From contig CAWJKT010000010.1 of the NCBI GenBank assembly GCA_963843375.1, positions 160,237 through 224,236 on the forward strand: DNA of 64,000 bases, given 5' to 3'. Within the stretch, counting starts at the first letter, position 1. Each line of letters begins with the position of its first letter. A program made the translations under genes and the position numbers. The notes below the pieces were generated by a model. It saw only the letters and a program-made list of their open reading frames with translations, was not told the DNA's origin and did not search any database. Origin of the DNA: an uncultured Pseudomonadota bacterium (lineage in GTDB: Bacteria; Oederibacteriota; Muellerivitia; Muellerivitales; Muellerivitaceae). This document shows positions 30,533 through 40,942 of the stretch, one piece after another.

Positions 30533-31957
30533 TTACGCTTCTTTATTGGGCTGGGGGGCTCTGTAGCGATGCTTCGTGGGATTAAAGTTTCGCTTAAAAG
30601 TTTTCTTTTTATGTTCATGTGTATCAGCTTTTTCTTTTAGGACAACCTGCATGGGGGTAGATTCCATCTCAAAAGCCTTTCGAAGTTCCGCTTCCAAATA
30701 ACGCATGTAAGCCGGCGAGGCGCTGGCAGCCTGGTTGACCATGATCTCAAAGGCAGGGGGATGGCCAACCCTTTGGTAACCGTAGAGTATTTTAATTTGG
30801 TTTCCCTTTCGAAAAGGAGGCGATTGTTGGGAAACTGCTTCTTGAAGAGCAAGATTTACCTTGCGGGTTGGTATTTTTTTGAGGCTTTCCTCGTAGACGG
30901 CATAAGCCGTTGAAAGGACCCGATCCAGATTTTGCCCGGTTTTAGCTGAAATAAACAAAACAGGGGCAAATTGAATGTGCCTCAGTTCCCTTTTGGTAAT
31001 CCTCTCCGCACGAGCCTGTTCGGCGGCCAAAGGATGGATATCCCACTTGTTAATCAGAATGACGACAGGTCTGAAAGCCTCACCAATGATCCGGCTGATT
31101 GTCACATCTTGGTGGGTAATCCCTTTTTCACCATCCAAAAGCAGAAAGGCCACTTGGCAGGTTTGAAGTTCGTAAAGAGCCTGTTCCACGCTTAAATGCT
31201 CAATGCGGCTGTCTTGCTGTTTGGATTGACGTATTCCAGCCGTATCCACCATGACCAATGGTTCTTCCTGGGTCTCAATAATAACGGGGATGGCATCATG
31301 GGTGGTTCCGGGCAAATCGTCGACCAAAAGGCCTTTCTTACCCGATATGGCGTTCACCAGCGAAGATTTTCCAACGTTAGGCTTGCCCAATATAGCGATT
31401 CGAAGGGGCCGAGGTTTTTCGGCTTCGGGCCCCGTTTTTTTGGTCGACATTTTCTCCAGGGCCGCCGTCAAGGAGTCCAGAAAGTCATCCAAACCAATAC
31501 CATGCATAGCTGAAACCGGAAAGCTTTGTTCAAAGCCAAGTCTCACGAAATCGGCGGCGGTTTCGGACTGTTTTTCGTGTTGGTCGGCCTTATTGACCAC
31601 CAACCAGGTGGGAATCCCGTATTTTCGAATGGATCGGGCAATCAATTGATCGGCCGGAGTGATTCCTTCCAACCCATCCGCCACCATAACCAATGCTGAT
31701 ACTGTTTTTATTTTGGCTTCCAACATGGCCCCGACTTTCATCGCGATCGTTTCCTTTTCGCCCGGAACCCATCCGCCTGAATCGGTAACGATAAAGTGAA
31801 CCCCGTTCCATTCAATGTCAAAACTCCTTAAATCACGAGTGGAACCAGGCTGATTGTCCACCAGAGCCAAGGATTTACCCGCCAAACGGTTGAAAAGTGT
31901 TGATTTTCCAACGTTCGGCCGGCCGACGATAAGCACTTCAGGCAAAAGGGACGGCAT
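30533..31957 (-). CDS. der: Ribosome biogenesis GTPase Der (EngA)
   Basis: Two G domains (GRPNVGKS, GKPNVGKS; DTAG; NKAD/NKWD) plus KH-like C-terminus; der-plsY-gpsA cluster. Confidence 0.97.
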   Translation of the reverse strand: MPSLLPEVLIVGRPNVGKSTLFNRLAGKSLALVDNQPGSTRDLRSFDIEWNGVHFIVTDSGGWVPGEKETIAMKVGAMLEAKIKTVSALVMVADGLEGITPADQLIARSIRKYGIPTWLVVNKADQHEKQSETAADFVRLGFEQSFPVSAMHGIGLDDFLDSLTAALEKMSTKKTGPEAEKPRPLRIAILGKPNVGKSSLVNAISGKKGLLVDDLPGTTHDAIPVIIETQEEPLVMVDTAGIRQSKQQDSRIEHLSVEQALYELQTCQVAFLLLDGEKGITHQDVTISRIIGEAFRPVVILINKWDIHPLAAEQARAERITKRELRHIQFAPVLFISAKTGQNLDRVLSTAYAVYEESLKKIPTRKVNLALQEAVSQQSPPFRKGNQIKILYGYQRVGHPPAFEIMVNQAASASPAYMRYLEAELRKAFEMESTPMQVVLKEKADTHEHKKKTFKRNFNPTKHRYRAPQPNKEA

Positions 31958-32054
31958 GACATCTCCAATCGAGTTGGTTGCGGTTGGATTTTACTTTAAA
32001 TTCGAGGTAAGAAACACCTATTTCCCAGGGTTATAAGACACAAAAGAGGTAGGG

Positions 32055-32762
32055 TTATGGCTGTTCGTCTTTCATTACGGCAAAATTTTGCATGGGAAGA
32101 GTTTTGCGGATTCCTGTTTGGCTATCGTCGATCAGACATTGGTAGTAATAAATTCCCTCGGGGATTTTTTTGAGGCTCCAGAGGATATCGAAAAGGGTGC
32201 CTCCCTCTCCTTCTAATTCGTCAACCTTAGTGAAGAAGCGATCGTAAATAATGATATGCGCCTTGGCGGCGCTTGAGTCCATCACCCGAAAAATGACCTT
32301 ATCACCCCACACGGGATTGGGAATGGTGGTCACTTTGGGTAACGAGACCTTTGCGCTCCGGTCAATTGGTTTGGGTGTTGCGGTGGGGGTTGGTGTTTTT
32401 TTTGAGTTTTTATCTGGTGATGCCGTGATCGTAGGGGTTGAAGTCACGGTTGGGGTAAGGGCTACGATTCGAGTAGCCGTTAAGGTTGGTTTGGGTGTAA
32501 AGGTAGCCGTGGGGGTTGGACTGTTTTTCTTTTTTAGGATTTTCTTATTTTTAACCCGTATCTCGGTCTTTTGGGGGAGCGGCTTAGGAAAAGAGAGATG
32601 GGGTGTTTCATCCGGTAAAGGTCCCGAAAGGACATCTTCATCAGCGAATACCGGAACAGCCAAAGCGGATATGACGGTAAAGACAGAACTAAGCCAAAAG
32701 AAACCCCAAAATGTAGGTATAAATAATTTTCCACCATTTAAAAACAATATTTGAATTTTCAT
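32055..32762 (-). CDS. Secreted protein: Thr/Pro linker plus T9SS-CTD/FlgD-like C-terminal domain
   Basis: Signal-like N-terminus, TPT repeats, then IPNP...IYD...W.....EGIYYY. Confidence 0.65.
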   Translation of the reverse strand: MKIQILFLNGGKLFIPTFWGFFWLSSVFTVISALAVPVFADEDVLSGPLPDETPHLSFPKPLPQKTEIRVKNKKILKKKNSPTPTATFTPKPTLTATRIVALTPTVTSTPTITASPDKNSKKTPTPTATPKPIDRSAKVSLPKVTTIPNPVWGDKVIFRVMDSSAAKAHIIIYDRFFTKVDELEGEGGTLFDILWSLKKIPEGIYYYQCLIDDSQTGIRKTLPMQNFAVMKDEQP

Positions 32763-32771
32763 ATTTATCTT

Positions 32772-33710
32772 TTACCCGGTGACTTTGACTGTCGCCGAAA
32801 GACTTTTGAGGTCCTCCACGTTGGAAACCCTGTTGTCGGTATCCACTTTGCGCACGAGAGGTCCATAAACCTTGCCCGGTCCCACTTCCACCCATGTTCG
32901 GAAACCCCGTAAATTGACGGCTTTGACGGTGGCGATCCAGTCCACTGGCTTGGAATATTGCTTGATTAGGATGTCCCGCACCATATCAATGGTTCCCACA
33001 TATTCGCCGTCCGTACAACGGTGGAAGGATATTTTGGGATTTTTCAGTTTGGCCTCCCCCAGGCATTGGGTTAAAAGCTTGTCGAATGGCCCTTCCAACT
33101 CAGCCGCAAGGGGGGAAAATAAAGGTCCTCTGGGAAGCTGCGGATTCGTTTTGATTTGCCGGTTCCCCTGAGCTTCGGTTTGAAGGGAATTTACGGCCTC
33201 CGTGGGTCCCCAAACTACAAAAGTATCGGGTGCCATGAAATGGGTGATGATTAATTCACCTTCCTCCCGGGTAAGTATGGGTTGCAATTGCTCCAATGTG
33301 ACACCGGAAATGGCTAAGGCCGAACCACCGTGTTTTTGTGCGAAAGCCTCCAAAAGCGCCGCCCGTTTAACGACGTATTGAAGAGCGTTAACATAGGGCA
33401 GGCATTCGGCGGCCACCAACGCGGCCACTTCCCCGACACCGATTCCTGTCAACAGTTCCGGCTTCCGGCGGTTTTTAATTAGTGGATCCAGAAAGGCCAC
33501 GTCGCAGACGAAGGTGATGAGATGGGCATTCACCAGTTTATCCTGGTCTTCCTTGGGTCCTAGGAAGCAGGTTTTGGCGATTTTGAGCTCCAGAAGTTTT
33601 TCCGCTTTGTCGAAAAACTCCCGTGCGGTAATGGATTTAGCGTAGAAATCTTTTCCCATTCCAACGTAATGGGAGCCTTCGTTTGGGAAAATAGCGGCGA
33701 TTCGGGACAT
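32772..33710 (-). CDS. Malonyl-CoA:ACP transacylase (FabD)-like protein with degenerate active site
   Basis: FabD layout throughout (FP..GS..VGMG, PV.W, VEVGPGKV), but GHSxG is replaced by GIGVG. Confidence 0.8.
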   Translation of the reverse strand: MSRIAAIFPNEGSHYVGMGKDFYAKSITAREFFDKAEKLLELKIAKTCFLGPKEDQDKLVNAHLITFVCDVAFLDPLIKNRRKPELLTGIGVGEVAALVAAECLPYVNALQYVVKRAALLEAFAQKHGGSALAISGVTLEQLQPILTREEGELIITHFMAPDTFVVWGPTEAVNSLQTEAQGNRQIKTNPQLPRGPLFSPLAAELEGPFDKLLTQCLGEAKLKNPKISFHRCTDGEYVGTIDMVRDILIKQYSKPVDWIATVKAVNLRGFRTWVEVGPGKVYGPLVRKVDTDNRVSNVEDLKSLSATVKVTG

Positions 33711-33815
33711 TTGAAATCCTAAAAAGTTAAAAAATAAAGGCGTATTTTAGCATAGGCGCCAAGGATCTGGTTTCAATTGATACGGAAAAAGCGGTGTCAG
33801 GAATGAACCCTCCCG

Positions 33816-34919
33816 CTAAAAATGATAGAAGTTCAATGCCACTCCCGCCTCAAAACCCGTGAAATCGATTGTTGTGTAATGTTCATTATTAGCGTTCGTG
33901 ATATTTGACGGCAAATCGATGTCAACCACGCCGTTGGTCCCTGTTGCCAGGCCAAAATTCCCAGCCACAGCGTTGGCATCTAATAACCTTCCCTGGAAAT
34001 TCGAAATTCGGGCATAACGGCCCTTGGCAAATAACACGAAGCCAAAGCGGTCACTGATGGCAAATTCCCGGCCCAATCCGGCCTGAAAACCCACGGCGGC
34101 CGACGAGACGTTACCCGACCAAATATCACCCCCTTGACCCCCAGGCGTGTTGTTCAAACCAAAAAAATTATCATTGGTTATATTCCCTTGAATGTTTTGG
34201 CTGACCCGCACATTGGCAATGTAATAGCCCGCCCCCGCACTCAAGAAGAAACGTCCGTCCCCGTCGGGTAGGAAAAAATAATAATCCAGGGTTAGGGGCA
34301 CCACAGTGGGAAGCAACGTCACGGATTCCGAATCCTGGTCGGTGTTGTTGTAATTCACATTTGCGATATATTGATTGGTTTGAAGGTAATGGGCGCCAAA
34401 TGCAATCCCACTGTAAGGATTTAAAAGCAGTCCTAATTCGAAACCCAGTCCTACCCCGTTACGGCTGGCCGTAGCTGAACCCGAATAACTTAGAAATGAG
34501 ACGCCCGCAGGATTAACGTAGGTTTGATTGTTAATTGGGGCCGCGCTATTCAAAAGTTCGTTTTGGATGGCGTAATCGTAACTTGTGTCAAACTTTGTCC
34601 AATACCTGGCATGATCGATAGGGTTCAAATGATCCGCGAAAATTGTTGAGGGAGAAGATACCAAGGCGGAAGGGGTCGCTGTTTGGAAAAGAGGATTAAC
34701 TTGTTTGACGGATGGTGCAGGAGGGGTCGGTGAAGTTTTGGAGACTGGACTTGAGGTTGGGACCGCCTGCGTTTGCAAGACCGGCGTGCTTGTTGCGAAC
34801 GGAAATACAGGAACAGCCGTCGGGAATGTGATTGCGCTCGGCGAAGAAACTACATCCGCTTTTAAAAGCGAAGGCACTAAAAAGCTTAAAAATAAAAAAA
34901 CAAATTTTATTCGAAACAT
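33816..34919 (-). CDS. Outer-membrane beta-barrel protein
   Basis: Signal peptide, Pro/Thr linker, amphipathic strands (FFLSAGAGYY, GFQAGLG), C-terminal ALNFYHF. Confidence 0.7.
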   Translation of the reverse strand: MFRIKFVFLFLSFLVPSLLKADVVSSPSAITFPTAVPVFPFATSTPVLQTQAVPTSSPVSKTSPTPPAPSVKQVNPLFQTATPSALVSSPSTIFADHLNPIDHARYWTKFDTSYDYAIQNELLNSAAPINNQTYVNPAGVSFLSYSGSATASRNGVGLGFELGLLLNPYSGIAFGAHYLQTNQYIANVNYNNTDQDSESVTLLPTVVPLTLDYYFFLPDGDGRFFLSAGAGYYIANVRVSQNIQGNITNDNFFGLNNTPGGQGGDIWSGNVSSAAVGFQAGLGREFAISDRFGFVLFAKGRYARISNFQGRLLDANAVAGNFGLATGTNGVVDIDLPSNITNANNEHYTTIDFTGFEAGVALNFYHF

Positions 34920-34929
34920 GATTCCCCCA

Positions 34930-36963
34930 TCAAAAGTTCAGTGTCGTGCCAACCTCAAAATATCTACCCGGCATCAGCAGGCCTTGTATCGTGGCATATT
35001 GTTGGTTTAAGAGATTCTTGAAGGATAAAAAGGCCTTGGTATCACTCCCGATCTGCGTCTTGAAATCGGCATTCAAGATGGAATAGGCGGAAGCGATAAT
35101 TACAGGTGGAAGGTCCTGAAATCCTGTATAAATGGCCGGATTGCGGTCCACGTACTGATCTGAAATATTCAGCTCCGTGTCTTTCCAGAACCGGAACATG
35201 ACCCCAACGTTCCCCTTATCGCGCATTCGTCCCGGGATGAGCTGATTGTTTTGAGTGTTTCTGGAATCCGCGAAAGTATACCCACCATATAAAGTGCCCC
35301 ATTTCGAGAAATCCCAATTCAGATTTGTTTCAAAGCCAATCAAGTGGGACTGGGGTACATTCTCAAAAGACCAGTATTGGGTTGGGTTAGTGAGAGTAAC
35401 ACTTTCACCGTTTTCCGTTACAGTGACGGGGAAAACAGGGGAATTAAAAGGAATTTCGGCCGGGATAATCAAGTTCGTATAAAAACTGGCAAATCCGTCG
35501 GTTTTAAAGGAAAGGTTTTTCCACTTCATTTCCGTTCCGGTTTCGAGATTGACCGAATTCTCAGGTTTAAGGTCGGCATTTCCCACTTCGCCCCAGCCAA
35601 ACTCGAAAGGTGGGGGCGAATCGGCGATGGAAACATAATCGATTTCGGGATGGTACAGTTCGTCAAAATCTGGATAACGGAACCCTGTCCCGGCCGAGAA
35701 ATAAACATCCTGATCCTGGGTCCATTCGTATTTTAAAGTTCCCTCGGGATTAAAGGCCGCGATGTCGTAGGTGTTGTACCAATCCACTCTTCCACTCCAT
35801 TGAAGTGAAAGTTTTTGGGTGAAATCCAATAATCCTTTTGTTGAAAAAGAGGTTACATCGTTCGTTCGAACGCCGTCCCCCAAACCCTCCGTTCCTTGAA
35901 CCTGCTCTCTCCTGAACTCGAACCCAAACGATAAGGTATGAAACCAATCTTGCCACTGGGAGGACCCGGTGGAAAGAAAATCAAAAGTATTGTAGATATT
36001 CTGATCCGTTTCGGGGACCCCCGAGGCTGCGTCCGCGCCTAGTGGATTGAGACGAAGAACATTTGCGTAGTTGCAAGAAAAGGATGGATTGAAAGTCCAA
36101 CTGCCCATCGTCCTTTCATCGCTCAAGATCGTGGAGAAAGCCTGTTTTTTCTCCCGGTCATCGGTATCAAATTGTCCCGTGTCAAAGGCCGATAGGCTGT
36201 CGCCATTGGGCGAACCGCCGTTTTTGTAAACGTAATCGGCCGTCAGGGCCAATTGATCCGGCCCCAGGTTGAAACGGGAGGAATGATCCACTTCCCAATT
36301 GACCAAGTCGGTGTTTGCCGTATAACCGTTGGTGTTGAACCCGTTTCCGCTAAGAGACCCCTGCCAAGGGCCGATCTTCCAATCCCCCGTAGAACCGTGC
36401 AATTGGTAGGTGCCGAAGTCCCCTACCGAGGTGCTAAGGCTTCCACCCTGGTTTTGGATTCGGGTGATGATGTTGATCACCCCTCCTGTGGCGTCGGGGC
36501 CATAGGCTAGGGCGGCGGGTCCTTTAATGACTTCGATGCGTTCAATGTCCTCGGTGGGAATCATCGACAGGTCAAAACCCTGGTTGGTCCTTTGACCGTT
36601 CAAGAGGACCAAGGTTTGGTTGGTGGCCGACCCTCGGATACTGACGTTGGCGAAACTTTTGGCGATACCCAGGCCCTCGGTTTCCAAACCCGAATTTTGA
36701 TCCAACAGGTCTCCCAGCCGGCTGTCGGCCTTAATTGAATCAAGGGCTTTTCCCTCAATGACTTCACCACTCTCCATGGCACCAGTAACCACGACTTCCG
36801 GCATTTGGAAGGTTTGTATTTCCGGAGTGAGTGAAGGGCTAACTTGCAAAACCATTCCGGAATTCGTCACCGTTGGCGTCGCGGTCTGACTCCAAGCCGC
36901 CCCCATCGGAAGGCAGAGCAAAAAAAACGTGGCCCAGCCATTCCACCGTAAAGGTTTTGCCAT
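34930..36963 (-). CDS. TonB-dependent receptor (BtuB-like)
   Basis: EVVVTG, SIRG....TLVLLNG, IERIEVIKGP.ALAYG..A.GGVINIIT, NADLKPE, NLLN..Y, GR.F..G...F. Confidence 0.92.
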   Translation of the reverse strand: MAKPLRWNGWATFFLLCLPMGAAWSQTATPTVTNSGMVLQVSPSLTPEIQTFQMPEVVVTGAMESGEVIEGKALDSIKADSRLGDLLDQNSGLETEGLGIAKSFANVSIRGSATNQTLVLLNGQRTNQGFDLSMIPTEDIERIEVIKGPAALAYGPDATGGVINIITRIQNQGGSLSTSVGDFGTYQLHGSTGDWKIGPWQGSLSGNGFNTNGYTANTDLVNWEVDHSSRFNLGPDQLALTADYVYKNGGSPNGDSLSAFDTGQFDTDDREKKQAFSTILSDERTMGSWTFNPSFSCNYANVLRLNPLGADAASGVPETDQNIYNTFDFLSTGSSQWQDWFHTLSFGFEFRREQVQGTEGLGDGVRTNDVTSFSTKGLLDFTQKLSLQWSGRVDWYNTYDIAAFNPEGTLKYEWTQDQDVYFSAGTGFRYPDFDELYHPEIDYVSIADSPPPFEFGWGEVGNADLKPENSVNLETGTEMKWKNLSFKTDGFASFYTNLIIPAEIPFNSPVFPVTVTENGESVTLTNPTQYWSFENVPQSHLIGFETNLNWDFSKWGTLYGGYTFADSRNTQNNQLIPGRMRDKGNVGVMFRFWKDTELNISDQYVDRNPAIYTGFQDLPPVIIASAYSILNADFKTQIGSDTKAFLSFKNLLNQQYATIQGLLMPGRYFEVGTTLNF

Positions 36964-37052
36964 CGGCACTTTACCTTTCGTAAAACCCTAATACCAAAAT
37001 TTCATCCAGAACTTCGGAAAAGTGTACACCCGTTGGGATTCTCAAGGAAGGT

Positions 37053-39251
37053 TCAGAACTGTTGGGACAACTCGGCAAACAGCCCACGACGCGGACCATA
37101 TTGAGGGGCAAATTCTCCCACGCTGGTGCCGCTGCGCAACAAATAGATTTGGTCGAAAACATTGATAGCGCTCAATCGCAAGGTTAACAGTTTCTGGTTA
37201 TGCCAAGGGTCAAAAGAACAGGCCACTGCGGCGTTGAACTGTGTATAGGGCGGCTCGTTTTGCTCGTTGATGGGACCCGCCGCCAGCCCGCTTCCGTAGA
37301 TACCATCTAAACTGGCGAGCAAGTTGTGCCAGCGGTAGGAGGTGCCGAAGGAAGAAGTAACTCGCTGAGCGTCCGAGGAAGGAACGTAATTGTTGGCGAT
37401 ATAAGCGAACGCCTCTGGATCGATCAGGTATTCGTTCGAAACCACATCCTCAACCTGGGTGATCTCGTAAGACAAATTGCCGTAGGCGCGGAAGCCTCCG
37501 TTGAAATAGTTGATCTTGAATTCCAGGCCCTGGCTGTTGCCGTTGGCATAATTGAATTGGTCCAACACTACCGACGAACCGAACGTGGCGTCGTCCAGGG
37601 TATCGGTCGAAACTTTGTAATAGGCATCCAGACCCGCGGCGAGGCCAGGCAACAACTTTTGATCCACCCCGGCGTCGAAATACCAAGCCCGCTCCGGTTG
37701 AACCGGGTCCTCGAAAGGGATCGCCGGCTGTTGCGTGGTGTTTTGGAACAGGACGAGATTGTTTGGTGTCGATTGTGCCTGCATGGGCGGAGTGAAATAA
37801 CGTGATACCCCGACATGAAAGTCTGTGCCAGAACTATGGTTGAAGATCAAGCAAAGCCGCGGACTTAACTGGTTTGCCGTGACGAATTGGCTCATCCAGT
37901 CAAAGCGCAGACCCGTATTTAAAGTCAGTTCCGGAAGGAGCCGCCACTCGTCCTGAACATAGGCTCCCGCGATCAAACCAAGTTTCGTGGTGTAGTCATT
38001 CACGGTTTCGGGATTGGGCAAGGGGGTCCCGCCGGAATCCAATGGAAGGACAGTGGACAGGTCGTCCACCTGCGTATTTTCGCCGCTGAACACGGCCCCT
38101 GCGCGCAAGGTATGTTCATCGCTAAGACGCTCGGCGGCGTCGAACTGCAGTCCGCCCAAAAGGCTTTGGCGCGAAACATCGGAAGCTACGTCATTGAATA
38201 CCAAGTCGTCATAGACATCGGGTACGTAGCGGGTGGAGGCATATCGCGTATAGACCGACATCTGGGTGTCCAGGTTTTCCTGGTGCATCTGCAGCGCCAG
38301 GATGCCGAAATAGGCTTGGTCAGTTTCGTTGTCATTAATCAAGGTCGAATCCAGGGCACTGGGACCATAATCCCCATCCGGTACCTGGCCGGCGATGTCC
38401 GGGATCTGAAATTGGCCCACAAACACGCCGGCCATGTAGGTGAGGCGGGTGGAATCTCCAAAGAGGGTTGATCCATACCCGAAGAACCGGCCCTGGGTCG
38501 TGTTGTCGTGGACCGGGTCGGCGGTGGGCATGGCATTCTCCAGGCCCTGCTGACTTTGAAGGAAACTCCCCGTGAAAAAATACTGAGTCCGGCCGCTACC
38601 GCCACCGTACTCAAAGCTCGGACTGAAGGTCTCCCAAGTTCCGCCGTAGAGATCCAGGTTTCCTCCCGGATCGAACTCGGTTTTCGTGGTAATGTCAACA
38701 ACTCCCGCGGTACGCAACCCGTATTGGGCGGGCAGTGCCCCGTCAAGCAGGTTCAGGTTTCCAACAAAACCCGTTTCAAGGATGGGACCTAGCGCGGAGA
38801 CACCGTCCGGGAGTTGGATACCGTTGATTCGGTACTGGACGTTCGTGTATTCGTTACGAACGTGAAAATTGGGGTTGCTGATCGCCGAATCGTAGGACAC
38901 ACCCGGGGCCTGCAACAGCACTTTGTCGATCGGGGTGTTATCGCCCTGTGGCAAGGCTTGAAGTGATTGCTCGTCGATGTTGTAAGTGGTGGAGCCGAGT
39001 TTGGGCAAAAGATTCTTTTCCCGCGACTCGTCCAGCTCATTGTTCTTTTGCCAGAGCTCTTCGGAACTTCCAAGGACGGTCACCTCCGGCAGGGTCACAG
39101 CTACTCCTTGCGTCGCCGGATTGGATAATGTAACCGCCGTAGTAGTGTTTGAGGAAGCATCCGCAGTAAGGCTTCCATTTTGCTCCTCCGCTGCCAATAA
39201 TCGAAGGGGCAATATTAAAAAGCACAAGACGACTGCCGCGTTTTTTAGCAT
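37053..39251 (-). CDS. TonB-dependent receptor
   Basis: LPEVTV, LLQAPGV, GALPAQYG..TAGVVDITT, NTGLRFD, SPR, QPER, NVFD..Y, C-terminal F. Confidence 0.9.
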   Translation of the reverse strand: MLKNAAVVLCFLILPLRLLAAEEQNGSLTADASSNTTTAVTLSNPATQGVAVTLPEVTVLGSSEELWQKNNELDESREKNLLPKLGSTTYNIDEQSLQALPQGDNTPIDKVLLQAPGVSYDSAISNPNFHVRNEYTNVQYRINGIQLPDGVSALGPILETGFVGNLNLLDGALPAQYGLRTAGVVDITTKTEFDPGGNLDLYGGTWETFSPSFEYGGGSGRTQYFFTGSFLQSQQGLENAMPTADPVHDNTTQGRFFGYGSTLFGDSTRLTYMAGVFVGQFQIPDIAGQVPDGDYGPSALDSTLINDNETDQAYFGILALQMHQENLDTQMSVYTRYASTRYVPDVYDDLVFNDVASDVSRQSLLGGLQFDAAERLSDEHTLRAGAVFSGENTQVDDLSTVLPLDSGGTPLPNPETVNDYTTKLGLIAGAYVQDEWRLLPELTLNTGLRFDWMSQFVTANQLSPRLCLIFNHSSGTDFHVGVSRYFTPPMQAQSTPNNLVLFQNTTQQPAIPFEDPVQPERAWYFDAGVDQKLLPGLAAGLDAYYKVSTDTLDDATFGSSVVLDQFNYANGNSQGLEFKINYFNGGFRAYGNLSYEITQVEDVVSNEYLIDPEAFAYIANNYVPSSDAQRVTSSFGTSYRWHNLLASLDGIYGSGLAAGPINEQNEPPYTQFNAAVACSFDPWHNQKLLTLRLSAINVFDQIYLLRSGTSVGEFAPQYGPRRGLFAELSQQF

Positions 39252-39284
39252 AACTCTCCTAAAAATAAAATGATTTCACAGCAG

Positions 39285-39863
39285 TTACTGAATGTCTTTT
39301 AATCGAAAGCGAACCGGAATTTTAATGGTGGTGGAAATGGCAATCCCGGCTATCTGAGCCGGTTTAAATTGCCAGTCTTTCACCGTTGTAACAGCGGCCT
39401 CATCCAGCAACGGAAAGCCCGAGCTTTGGCTGATGGATATCGAAGCCACCTTCCCCTGCGCATCAACGGCCGTCTGAAGCACCACCAGCCCCTCTTCTTT
39501 AAGTTCACGGGCTTCAGCGGGATAGGGTGGAGGCGGATTACGATAATAAGACGGAACTTCTAACGCACCGCTTGAAGCGGGGCCACCCACACTCGTCGCA
39601 ATAACCGGCTTGGGTTTCACGACATGTTCCACAGGGTTGTCATCCGGGGCGTCGTTCAATTCAATCGTCTGTTCTATCGGTTGTTCCGTTGATTGTGGTT
39701 TTCCACCCCCCGCGATGGCGCCCGACATCCCATATTCCATTTGGTGGGACATTAAGAAATTCCCCCCCACTAAAATGGAGGCATGAAAAGTAATGGCGAA
39801 AAAAGCGCATAGGAACCACCGGGTGTCGTTGCCGTTGTTTTTGAGGTACTCACGGATTCCCAT
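39285..39863 (-). CDS. tonB: Energy transducer TonB
   Basis: TM with FHA, then NPPPPYP.EAR...EEG.V...V...G...SSG...LDEAA...V..WQFKPA. Confidence 0.9.
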   Translation of the reverse strand: MGIREYLKNNGNDTRWFLCAFFAITFHASILVGGNFLMSHQMEYGMSGAIAGGGKPQSTEQPIEQTIELNDAPDDNPVEHVVKPKPVIATSVGGPASSGALEVPSYYRNPPPPYPAEARELKEEGLVVLQTAVDAQGKVASISISQSSGFPLLDEAAVTTVKDWQFKPAQIAGIAISTTIKIPVRFRLKDIQ

Positions 39864-39870
39864 AAACTCC

Positions 39871-40284
39871 TTAATCCGTTGCCCGGGTAGTCCGAATCGC
39901 CGTGTGTTTGACGCCAGCCTGCCGGACCGCGTCCAAAACGGAAACAATCACACCAAAATCGGCCTTTTTATCCCCATGAATGAAAACCTTGGCGTCGCCA
40001 TCGGTAGCCGTCAAAGCTTTTAGTTTTTCGGGAAGCGCGTCCAAAGTGGTTTCTTCCTTGTTCCAATAAATTTTCCCCTCTTGGTTCACGGTTACGGCAA
40101 CCGAAGCTTGTTGACTATCCGCTTTGGCCGAATGGGCCGACGGCAGGTTCACCGGGACGCCCAGGTTTTTCATCATGGAAAGCGACACCATGATGAAAGT
40201 TGCCAGAAGGAAGAACATGATGTCGATCAAGGGAATGATCTCGATGCGGGCCCGACGTTTTGGATGGCTGGAGGGAATGATCAT
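39871..40284 (-). CDS. exbD: Biopolymer transporter ExbD
   Basis: IEIIPLIDIMFFLL..F, VNLP, GDKKA.FG.IV.VLD. Confidence 0.93.
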   Translation of the reverse strand: MIIPSSHPKRRARIEIIPLIDIMFFLLATFIMVSLSMMKNLGVPVNLPSAHSAKADSQQASVAVTVNQEGKIYWNKEETTLDALPEKLKALTATDGDAKVFIHGDKKADFGVIVSVLDAVRQAGVKHTAIRTTRATD

Positions 40285-40285
40285 C

Positions 40286-40888
40286 TTATTTTTGGTTCTC
40301 GCGCAGGATTAGTTCCACTTGAGTTCCGGTGTCCTCTAACTCACGCCGAGCCTGTTCCAACCGTGAATTCAAATAGTTGTAGGGAACCAAGGCTGTTACG
40401 GCTATGACAAGGCCGAAGGCAGTGGCGATGAGAGCCTGGGCGATGCCGCCCGTCAGGGCCGTAGGCGCTTGCAGTTCCTGGTCACCCAATAAACCGAAAG
40501 AGCGGATTAAGCCCGTCACCGTGCCTAAAAGCCCCAAAAGAGGCGCCAAAGTAATGACGGTGTCCAAAGTGGACAAACCCCGGTTAAAACGGCCTAATTC
40601 CCGGTTGGCCGCCTGCAGATAGGCATTGGAGAGGGAAACCTTCCGGTGTTCCAGGGCATAGGCCAAAACTCGGACCACAAAATCAGTGGATTTGGATCCC
40701 AAGGACCGAGCTTCACCCTCATTCCCTTTTTCCAGGTTCGCCATGAAAGCTTCAAGGTCGTTTGAGTTCCTCAATTGCGCCTCGCGCCATATGAACCATA
40801 GGCGTTCCAAAACCACCGTCAAAGTAATGACGGAAACCAATAACAAGGGCCACATCACTGGCCCGCCTTTGATAAAAAGTTGAATCAT
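40286..40888 (-). CDS. exbB: Biopolymer transporter ExbB
   Basis: GG.VMWPL, APLLGLLGTV.G.I..F, GIAQAL.ATA.GL..A. Confidence 0.93.
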   Translation of the reverse strand: MIQLFIKGGPVMWPLLLVSVITLTVVLERLWFIWREAQLRNSNDLEAFMANLEKGNEGEARSLGSKSTDFVVRVLAYALEHRKVSLSNAYLQAANRELGRFNRGLSTLDTVITLAPLLGLLGTVTGLIRSFGLLGDQELQAPTALTGGIAQALIATAFGLVIAVTALVPYNYLNSRLEQARRELEDTGTQVELILRENQK

Positions 40889-40923
40889 GTCATTTCCTTA
40901 CCCCAAATTACCAACCAACCGTT

Positions 40924-40942
40924 GATAATGATAATCAATTTC
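40924..40942. promoter_or_regulatory. Fur box upstream of exbB
   Basis: GATAATGATAATCAATTTC is 17/19 to the consensus GATAATGATAATCATTATC. It overlaps a minus-strand TTGACT-16-TATCAT promoter. Confidence 0.85.
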
